Positions 56,836 to 64,000 of a stretch of DNA of 64,000 nt are shown one piece after another. The DNA is taken from assembly GCA_963761335.1 (NCBI GenBank), contig CAVXGR010000024.1:128001-192000 (forward strand), read 5' to 3'. The notes below the pieces were generated by a model. It saw only the letters and a program-made list of their open reading frames with translations, was not told where the DNA came from and ran no database searches. The stretch's first letter is position 1, and each line of letters begins with the position of its first letter. This DNA comes from an uncultured delta proteobacterium (GTDB lineage Bacteria; Desulfobacterota; Binatia; HRBIN30; BPIQ01). The position numbers and the translations under genes are program-made.

Positions 56836-57207
56836 ATGGGTCGTACGGCGAAGAAATCGAGCAACAAGGCGTCGGCGAAGAAGCGTTACAGCATCCTCGA
56901 CGAGGACGAGCGCGGCGAAGAGCAGGAAGAAGGCGATCTGCCAAAGGACGAGGCGGGGCGGCGCAAGATCAAGCGGCAGTACGAGGATCTTCTCAACATT
57001 CGCATCGAGAAGCTGAAGGGTCGCATCCTCAATCGCGAGCGCATCAACAAGACGATCGAGGGCGTCTACTTCATCTGCGCGGAGTGCAAGAAGGTCTGCC
57101 ACAACATGGATGACGGGCTGGTCGAGGATCCCAACAACGTGAACAACCTCTGCGGCGCCTGCGCCAAGGGCAAGGGCGGCAAGGGCGGCAAGCAGGCCGC
57201 CGCCTAG
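56836..57207 (+). CDS. 123-aa protein with coiled coil and C4 zinc finger (distant DksA/TraR-like)
   Basis: AGGAG RBS; RINKTIEGVYFICAEC...LCGACAK. Confidence 0.8.
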   Translation: MGRTAKKSSNKASAKKRYSILDEDERGEEQEEGDLPKDEAGRRKIKRQYEDLLNIRIEKLKGRILNRERINKTIEGVYFICAECKKVCHNMDDGLVEDPNNVNNLCGACAKGKGGKGGKQAAA

Positions 57208-58178
57208 CTCCTCGATCGAAAGGACGCGGCGCGGCGCCGGGTCCACGGCTTCCGGCTGGCGAAGTCGTGCAGCACGCGCCGGAGATCTTCCGGCAGCGGG
57301 CTCTCGACGGTGAGCGGCTCGGCGGTCACCGGGTGGCGGATCTCGATCCGCGAGGCGTGCAGGACCTGCCGCGGGATGTCGCGCGGCGCGGCCTGGGTGC
57401 CGCCGTAGAGCGCGTCTCCAAGCACCGGGTGTCCGATGAAGGCCAGATGGGCACGGATCTGGTGCATGACGCCGCTGCGGATGGTGACCCGCAGAAGCGT
57501 GGCGCGGCTGTCGTAGCGGATCTCCGGCCGGTACAGAGTCTGCGCCGGCCGCGCCTCGAGCGCCGCCTCGGCTTCCGCCGTGCGGCACACGCGTACCCGA
57601 CCGCGATGCCTGCGGTCGTGGGCAATGGGGTTGTCGATGCTGCCGGCCTGGGTCACGTCGCCCGCGACCAGCGTCAGGTACTCTTTCTTCACCTCGTGTC
57701 TGGAGAACTGCCGGCGGAGCACGGCATACGCCGCGGGCGTTCGCGCCGCGAGGATGACGCCGGAGGTGTCGCGGTCGAGCCGATGCACCAGGCCGGCCTC
57801 CAGAGCCGAGCTGCCGGCTGGCGCGGTGGCTGGATCGTGGGCCACCAGGAAGCTGGCGACGCTGCGAACCTCCCCCTGCCGCAGCGCTGCGCTCGGCAGC
57901 CCCGCCGGCTTGTCGAGGGCGATGATCGCCTCGTCCTCGAAGAGGATGGCAATCCTCAGCCGGGGGTTCGGAGCGGCCTGCCGCGCCTGCGCCATGGCGT
58001 CGGGAACGGTCACCACGTCTCCGGCCCGCAGCGCGGCGCTGCGCCGCGCCGGGTGGCCGTTGAGGCGGAGCTCGTCTTCCTGGGCCCGCAGGGCGCGGCG
58101 AGAGACGAAGGGGAGATGCTGTGCGAGAAAGCGGTCGAGGCGCATTCCGGCTGCCTCGACGGGTACGGTCACGTCCAT
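57204..58178 (-). CDS. RluA/RluD-family pseudouridine synthase
   Basis: RLDRFL S4-like start, DKPAGL, VHRLDRDTSG, HQIRAHL, GDALYG. Confidence 0.95.
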   Translation of the reverse strand: MDVTVPVEAAGMRLDRFLAQHLPFVSRRALRAQEDELRLNGHPARRSAALRAGDVVTVPDAMAQARQAAPNPRLRIAILFEDEAIIALDKPAGLPSAALRQGEVRSVASFLVAHDPATAPAGSSALEAGLVHRLDRDTSGVILAARTPAAYAVLRRQFSRHEVKKEYLTLVAGDVTQAGSIDNPIAHDRRHRGRVRVCRTAEAEAALEARPAQTLYRPEIRYDSRATLLRVTIRSGVMHQIRAHLAFIGHPVLGDALYGGTQAAPRDIPRQVLHASRIEIRHPVTAEPLTVESPLPEDLRRVLHDFASRKPWTRRRAASFRSRS

Positions 58179-58247
58179 CGTCCTCTCAGGGTAGCAGTGT
58201 CGGGTCGGCGGGAGAATGCGCGGGCGGCCGTGTCGAGGGCCGCCCCG

Positions 58248-59045
58248 CTATCCCTGTAGGTTTTCGACCACCAGGTCTGCCACCTGTGACGAGAAGATCA
58301 GGCTCGCGTGGCCGAGGTCGCGCAGCTGGATGTTGAAGGCGCGCGGATAGTAGGCGTTCTCCGGTGGCAGAACGACGGCGTCGAAATGCGACTGGATGGC
58401 GACGATATCGATCTCGTCCGGCAGCGAAGCCTGCGCCCGCAGCTCGGCGATACAGGCGGACAGTGGGTGGAGATCCGCGAGCGGCGAGCGGCGCGGCGCC
58501 AGCCAGGTCCCCTGATGGGCCGTGCCGATGGTGATCAGCTTGCCGAGCTCGACGCCGCGGCGGGCCGCGGCCCAGCGCCGAGCCACCAGGCCGCCGGTGC
58601 CGCAGGCCACCAGGCTGACCTCGCGGGGCTCGGCCCGCTGTAGCTCGGCGAGATACAGAGCCAGCGCCGCGGCAGCGCGGCCGACGCCGAGCAGCGGTCC
58701 GCGAAACGCGTACACCTCGTAGCCCCGATCCGCGAGACGGCGGGCGAGGGGCCGCAGGGCGCCCCGGTTCAGCAGCAGGCCGGGGACCAGGACCACTCTG
58801 CCGGCGGTGCCGGACGTCGGCGGAAAGCCGAGTGGGGCCAGCGGCATGGCACCCAGGGCGGCGAGGCTCGCGGCGCACTCGCGGGAGAAGGCAAAGGCGG
58901 CGTGCAGCGGCGTCAGCGGATCCTCCGCCTCGCCCGGGCAGGCGTCCGGGTCGCGATGGGTCCACTGGCGCCGGGCGTAGAGAACGGCATTGGCGCTGAG
59001 CGAGGCGGCGGCGCAGAGACAGACCGCGAGCACGAGCCAGTTCAT
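58248..59045 (-). CDS. Alpha/beta-hydrolase (lipase-like) lacking the catalytic Ser
   Basis: VVLVPGL, LVACGTGGLVAR at the nucleophile elbow, ITIGTAHQGT, D..V.P, GH..L. Confidence 0.85.
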   Translation of the reverse strand: MNWLVLAVCLCAAASLSANAVLYARRQWTHRDPDACPGEAEDPLTPLHAAFAFSRECAASLAALGAMPLAPLGFPPTSGTAGRVVLVPGLLLNRGALRPLARRLADRGYEVYAFRGPLLGVGRAAAALALYLAELQRAEPREVSLVACGTGGLVARRWAAARRGVELGKLITIGTAHQGTWLAPRRSPLADLHPLSACIAELRAQASLPDEIDIVAIQSHFDAVVLPPENAYYPRAFNIQLRDLGHASLIFSSQVADLVVENLQG

Positions 59046-59173
59046 CTCCGGGGGCTTAACCCGGAGAGGCGCAGGGCGCAATTCCCCGACATTTTCGAGT
59101 ACTGCCCTGAGTCGGGGAACATGCCCCAATGACAACGACTGCGGTTGTCTTCACGACGGTGCGAGCGCGGGTT

Positions 59174-59286
59174 CCCTCTCTCCCGCATCTTCTCGCGGGA
59201 GAGGGTGGGGGCGCCGATCTCTTTGAACGTCGCAGAAATCATACACTCTCGATCCTCTCCCCGCGGAAAAAAATGCGGGGAGAGGA
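59174..59286. repeat. Pair of CTCTCCC...GGGAGAG palindromes
   Basis: Stems 59178-59186/59195-59203 (9 bp) and 59253-59264/59275-59286 (12 bp). Confidence 0.7.
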
Positions 59287-59347
59287 GACCTTTCCCGGAG
59301 CCGGGGAAGCACAACAGGAAGGTCGGATCGGCAATTTAGACACCACC

Positions 59348-59506
59348 CATTTTCGGTTCTCATTTTCGGTTCTCATTTTCGGTTCTCATCCCGTCGTCTT
59401 CCATTCGCTCTGGCAGCTGCGACTAACCCGCAGCTGACCGGATCTCACGCGGCTCGCAGAACAATGGAAAACGACGGAATGAGAACCGGGAATGATGGAA
59501 TGGAGA
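59348..59506. mobile_element. MITE-like element copy D with triplicated 13-bp arm subunit
   Basis: (CATTTTCGGTTCT)x3 then CATCCCGTCGTCTTCCATT; right arm 59463-59506; spacer homologous to copies A and C. Confidence 0.75.
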
Positions 59507-59575
59507 CGGAGGCTGCTTGGAAGCCGCGCCCTCCCGGTTGCTTTTTCCCCGGCCTCTCGCCCATCATCCGCGGCG

Positions 59576-60661
59576 ATGACGAGACGGGGTGCCGACTTCG
59601 CGGTGATCATGGCTGGAGGGCAGGGCACGCGCTTCTGGCCGTGGAGCCGGCGCAAACGCCCGAAGCAGCTGCTGCCGATCGCCGGGCGGCGCACGCTGTT
59701 GCAGGAGACGGTGGGCCGCCTGCGCGGCCTGGTCTCGCTCAAGCGGACACTGGTGGTGACCGGGGCGGCGCATGCCGCCGCGGTGCGCCGCCAGCTGCCG
59801 TCACTGTCCCCGGCCAACCTCATCGTCGAGCCCGCGGGGCGCAACACGGCGCCGTGCATCGGCTTGGCCGCGGCCGCGATTGCGGCACGCAGCCGCGATG
59901 GGGCGATGCTGGTTCTGCCGGCGGATCACAACATCGCCGATGCCCCCGGGTTTCGCGCCGCGGCGGCGCGCGCCCTGGAGATCGCCCGCCGCCAGGACTG
60001 CCTGGTCACCCTCGGCGTGCGACCGACGTATGCGGAGACCGGCTACGGCTACATCGAGGTCGGCGCCGAGCTCGACGGCGGGGCGCCGCGGGCCTTCGAT
60101 GTGCGGCGCTTTCACGAGAAGCCGGAGCGCCGCGTCGCCGAGAGATACGTTTCCGGCGGCGGCTACCTGTGGAACGCCGGCATGTTCGCCTGGCGCGTCG
60201 AGGTGATCGATGCGGCCCTGCGCCGCTACCTCCCCGAGGTCGCTGCGGCGCTGGCGCCGGTGCGCGCCGCCGCCGGCGAAGGGGCGCGGCGCCGCGCCGT
60301 CCGCCGCGCCTATGCCGCCATCGCCTCGATATCGATCGACAAGGGTGTCATGGAGCGCACCGAGGGGGTCGCCGTGGTCGAGGCCGACTTCGGCTGGAGC
60401 GACGTCGGCAGCTGGGACGCCATGCCGGCGGTGTGGGGCACCGACGCCAGCGGCAATGCCCTGCGCGGCGAGGTGGTGGCCATCGACAGCACCGGCTCGG
60501 TGGTGCGCGGTGGCCGGCGAATGGTGGCGCTCCTCGGCGTGCGCGACCTGGTGGTGGTCGACACCGACGATGCGATCCTCGTGTGCCGCCGGGAGAACGC
60601 CCAGGAAGTGCGCCGGGTCGTCGAAGAGCTCGCCCGCCGCAAGCGGCTCGACCTCCTCTGA
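59576..60661 (+). CDS. manC: Mannose-1-phosphate guanylyltransferase
   Basis: IMAGGQGTRFWP, EPAGRNTAP, FHEKP, WSDVGSW; no PMI domain. Confidence 0.95.
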   Translation: MTRRGADFAVIMAGGQGTRFWPWSRRKRPKQLLPIAGRRTLLQETVGRLRGLVSLKRTLVVTGAAHAAAVRRQLPSLSPANLIVEPAGRNTAPCIGLAAAAIAARSRDGAMLVLPADHNIADAPGFRAAAARALEIARRQDCLVTLGVRPTYAETGYGYIEVGAELDGGAPRAFDVRRFHEKPERRVAERYVSGGGYLWNAGMFAWRVEVIDAALRRYLPEVAAALAPVRAAAGEGARRRAVRRAYAAIASISIDKGVMERTEGVAVVEADFGWSDVGSWDAMPAVWGTDASGNALRGEVVAIDSTGSVVRGGRRMVALLGVRDLVVVDTDDAILVCRRENAQEVRRVVEELARRKRLDLL

Positions 60662-60758
60662 ATCGGGGATAGTGGGTCATGAGACCTTGCGGTTCAGCGC
60701 CGCCGCCGGCGCGGATCTGTGCTATGGTCGGCGGCGTTTCAGTTCGGGAGATGTGAGG

Positions 60759-63365
60759 ATGAGCAAACCAGCCCTGCGCGTGATCACCGGCGGCAAGCCG
60801 CCGCCGCGGCCGCAGCCGTCGATGAACCTCTTCATGTCGCTGCTGTGCCGCTGGGTGATGGCGCAAGTGCGCCTGGAGCCCGAGGCGGTGGCGCGGCTGC
60901 GGAGCCTGAACGAGCAGGGGGCTGCCGTCTACGTGATGCGCTATCGCTCGCTGGTCGACTACCTCCTGGTCACCTACCTGCTCATGCGCGAGGGCCTCCC
61001 GGCTCCCGAGTTCGGCAACGAGATTCCCACGCTGCTGCTGCGGCCCCTCGGCGAGATCGTCTCGACCCTGTGGCGCCGGCTGCGCGCCTGGAAGTTCTTC
61101 GGCCGTGAGCTGCGGCGCTTCGAGGACCGCGACCGCTGCCAGCGGCTGGTGGCGCAGAGCCGACCGGTCGTCATCTTCATACGCCATCGCGCCGCCGGGA
61201 TGCGCTGGCCGCGGCGCTCGCGCCGGGCGATTCGCGAGCGCCGCCGTGGCTCCGACTACCTCCGCGAGGTGGTGCACAGCCTCTGGCAGCGGGATCAGCG
61301 GGTCTTCCTCGTGCCTCTGGCAGTGATTCGCGGCAAGGGATTCCGCCGCCGGGAGTCGCGCATCGCCACGCTTCTCTACAGCGTGCAGGAGGCGCCGGGA
61401 GAGGCCAAGCGCCTCTTCTCCCTCGCCTGGAACCGCGAGGACTCGCAGCTCAGCGTCGGCACCGAGATTCCGCTGCGGGAGTTCATGGAGCTGCACCGCC
61501 AGGAGGGCGAGGAGCGCATCGTGCGGCGGCTGGCGCGGGCTCTGCAGATCTTCTTGCACCGCGAGGAACGCGTGGTGTGGGGGCCGACGCTGCTGCCCAA
61601 GCGCGAGGTGCGCCAGCAGGTATTGCAGGGAGCCGATCTGGCCGCCGTGGTTCGCCAGGTGGCGCGCCAGCGCAAGGAGCCGGAATCGAAGGTGTGGCGC
61701 ACGGCGGAGCGCTACTTCGACGAGATGGCGGCCAACTTCCACGGCCCGTACTTCACCATCCTCGAGTACGCCTTCAACCGCATCTGGCCGCGCGTCTTTC
61801 AGGGCCTGGAGTACAGCGGCCTGGAGCGGGTCATCGAGTGCGTCAAGAAGGGGCCCGTGGTGCTGGTGCCGTGTCACCGCAGCCACTTCGACTACCTGAT
61901 CCTCTCCTACATCTTTCACAACAACTATCTGAGCCCGCCGCACATCGCCGCCGGCATCAACCTGTCCTTCTGGCCGCTGGGGCCCCTGTTCCGCGGCGCC
62001 GGAGCCTTCTTCATCCGCCGCTCCTTCGAGGGCAACCCGCTCTACAAGGCCGTCTTTCGCAGCTATCTCACCTTCTTGATCCGCGAGGGCTACACCCAGG
62101 AGTTCTTCATCGAAGGGGGTCGCAGCCGCACCGGGAAGATCCTCACCCCGAAGCTCGGGATGCTGTCGGCGATCGTCAACACCTTCGTCGAGGGCGTGCG
62201 CCGCGATCTCTACCTGGTGCCGGTGTCGATCCACTATGGGCGCGTCGTCGAAGACGAGTCCTACTCCCGCGAGCTCTCGGGGGCCGAGAAGGAAGAGGAA
62301 TCGCTCGGGACGCTCATCAAGGCGCGCGCCGTCCTGCGCCAGCGCTACGGCACCGCCTATGTGACCTTTGCCGAGCCGATCTCGCTCAACACCGCCCTCG
62401 GGGCGCGCAAGGAGCAGTATCGCCAGGCGAAGGGCAACCCCGTCGTCGAAGAGGATCAGCGGCGGTTCATCCGCAAGCTCGGCTTCCGGCTCCTGCGCGA
62501 CGTCAACGAGGCAACGGTGGTGGGTGCCACCTCGGTCAGCTCTACCGTGCTGCTCAGCTCGCCGTACCCGGCAACCCGTTCGGCCGATTTTCTCATGGCC
62601 GCGCAGGCGCTGGTGCGCTTTCTGCGCGACCGCGGCGTGCCGCTCACCGCCTCGCTGGAGCGCAATTCCGCCGAGGACTTTCGCGAGAGCATCGGCTTCC
62701 TGGAGAGCGGCGGCCTGATCCAGCGCATCCCCGACGTCGAGGCGCCGGTGCTCTACGTGCCGCCGCAGAAGCGCATGATTCTCGATTTCTACAAGAACAA
62801 CAGCATCCACGCCTTTCTGCTGGCGTCGCTGCTGGCGCGTGGCCTGGTGGCCGGGATCCGCGGCCCGGCTCTGAAGGACGATGTCTCCTGGTGGCTGGAC
62901 ATGTTCCGCTGGGAGTTTGCCCTGCCGGAGCGGGAGGACCTGGCCGCCGAGCTCGGAGAGCTTCTCGAGTACTTTCGCTCCCACGGCGTTCTCGCCGTGG
63001 GCGACGGCGAATCGGTGGACGCGGGCCACCCACTCGTGCGCGCCACCCTGGGGTTGGTCGACAACTTCCAGGAAGCGTACTGGGTGGCGGCGCGCACCCT
63101 GCTCGAAGTGGAGCGGCCGACGTCGCGCAAGGCGGTGATCGACCGCATGCGCAAGCGCTACGAGACCTCGTTGCTGCTCGGCGAGGTGCGCAAGCCGGAG
63201 GGCAACTCGACGGTGACGCTGGGCAACGCCCTCGATCGCTTCCGCGAGATGGGACTGATCAGCATTCAGGACGCCGCCAAGAGCCGCGACCGCACCGTGC
63301 GCCCGGGGGCGGCATGGTCGGATCTGGCCGGCGTCATCGCCCATCTGTCGCCCCAAACTCCCTGA
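60759..63365 (+). CDS. plsB: Glycerol-3-phosphate O-acyltransferase
   Basis: CHRSHFDY (HxxxxD), FFIRR, FFIEGGRSRTG. Confidence 0.93.
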   Translation: MSKPALRVITGGKPPPRPQPSMNLFMSLLCRWVMAQVRLEPEAVARLRSLNEQGAAVYVMRYRSLVDYLLVTYLLMREGLPAPEFGNEIPTLLLRPLGEIVSTLWRRLRAWKFFGRELRRFEDRDRCQRLVAQSRPVVIFIRHRAAGMRWPRRSRRAIRERRRGSDYLREVVHSLWQRDQRVFLVPLAVIRGKGFRRRESRIATLLYSVQEAPGEAKRLFSLAWNREDSQLSVGTEIPLREFMELHRQEGEERIVRRLARALQIFLHREERVVWGPTLLPKREVRQQVLQGADLAAVVRQVARQRKEPESKVWRTAERYFDEMAANFHGPYFTILEYAFNRIWPRVFQGLEYSGLERVIECVKKGPVVLVPCHRSHFDYLILSYIFHNNYLSPPHIAAGINLSFWPLGPLFRGAGAFFIRRSFEGNPLYKAVFRSYLTFLIREGYTQEFFIEGGRSRTGKILTPKLGMLSAIVNTFVEGVRRDLYLVPVSIHYGRVVEDESYSRELSGAEKEEESLGTLIKARAVLRQRYGTAYVTFAEPISLNTALGARKEQYRQAKGNPVVEEDQRRFIRKLGFRLLRDVNEATVVGATSVSSTVLLSSPYPATRSADFLMAAQALVRFLRDRGVPLTASLERNSAEDFRESIGFLESGGLIQRIPDVEAPVLYVPPQKRMILDFYKNNSIHAFLLASLLARGLVAGIRGPALKDDVSWWLDMFRWEFALPEREDLAAELGELLEYFRSHGVLAVGDGESVDAGHPLVRATLGLVDNFQEAYWVAARTLLEVERPTSRKAVIDRMRKRYETSLLLGEVRKPEGNSTVTLGNALDRFREMGLISIQDAAKSRDRTVRPGAAWSDLAGVIAHLSPQTP

Positions 63366-63429
63366 CCGTGCGGTGAATACGGATCAATTGACTTCCGCGG
63401 CGGCTTGTCCATATCCTCACGTATAAGTC

Positions 63430-64000
63430 ATGTCCCGGCGGAAGCCACCGCACGCCCGAGGCTGGCTTTGCCTCTGGGTAATCGTCGCGATCGCGTCCTG
63501 CAGCCAAGCTGACCGCACCGAAGTGGAAGTGGAGGTGCGCAACATTGGCATGGACGAGGTATCGGGCTCGCCCGTGGTGGTATTGCAGGACAAGCGCCAG
63601 CGGCTCGCCCTGCCGATCTGGATCGGCCCCGCCGAGGCGCAGGCGATCGCCGTGGAGATGCAGGGCGTCAAGCCGCCGCGGCCGATGACGCACGATCTGA
63701 TGAAGAACGCCCTCGAGGAGGCCGGTGTGCAGTTCGACCGCGCCGTCATCGTCGAGCTTCAGGACGCCACTTATCTGGCGCAGATCCATCTCCGCGAAGG
63801 GAAACGCGAGTTTCAGGTCGATAGCCGGCCGAGCGACGCCATCGCCCTGGCGGTGCGCTTCGGTGGGCCGATCTATGTGGCGCGGGCGCTGCTCGAGGGC
63901 GATTCGAGCATCGATCTCCGCCGCGTGCTCGGCAGCGAGGCACGCAACCTGCGCGGCATCACCGTGCAGCCACTGTCCCAGGACCTGGCGGCGATCTTCC
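63430..64000 (+). CDS. DUF151 bifunctional-nuclease-domain protein with lipoprotein-like signal (partial)
   Basis: Read manually: MSRRKPPHARGWLCLWVIVAIASC...LPIWIGPAEAQAI...RPMTHDL...DSRPSDAIALA...GITVQPLSQDLA. Confidence 0.88.
   Translation, partial: MSRRKPPHARGWLCLWVIVAIASCSQADRTEVEVEVRNIGMDEVSGSPVVVLQDKRQRLALPIWIGPAEAQAIAVEMQGVKPPRPMTHDLMKNALEEAGVQFDRAVIVELQDATYLAQIHLREGKREFQVDSRPSDAIALAVRFGGPIYVARALLEGDSSIDLRRVLGSEARNLRGITVQPLSQDLAAIF

Noticed and set aside
59348..59386. CRISPR-like repeats
   Set aside because: 13-bp units in direct tandem with no spacers and no cas genes

Overview
GC-rich (about 70% by eye) bacterial chromosomal segment. The gene order and several hypothetical-protein styles suggest a deltaproteobacteria-like lineage, possibly Candidatus Binatia (inference). 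It holds two housekeeping blocks. One is rpsO-pnp-M16 peptidase-dut-purS...purQ on the minus strand. The other is uvrB-murA-tilS-ftsH-cdaA-cdaR-glmM-pdxJ-nnr-tsaE-lysC-cimA-iscS-mnmA-mtaB-rnc-wecB on the plus strand, followed by an RluA-family gene, manC, plsB and a DUF151 gene. No rRNA, tRNA, CRISPR array, transposase or prophage was found. Main unexplained signals: (1) four sigma54 (-24/-12) promoter matches. Two lie in an island of about 10 small uncharacterised proteins next to a globin-fold/PAS kinase, an NtrC-type activator and a pseudo-receiver. One precedes a distant paralogue of an island gene. One precedes a densely structured ~330-nt putative RNA with a four-way junction. (2) A ~170-bp long-inverted-repeat (MITE-like) family with four copies, one carrying a nested GTAG REP doublet that also occurs free. 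(3) A strong sigma70 promoter and leader terminator ahead of two small Zn-finger genes, one missed by the ORF track. (4) Several proteins with altered catalytic motifs or unusual architecture.
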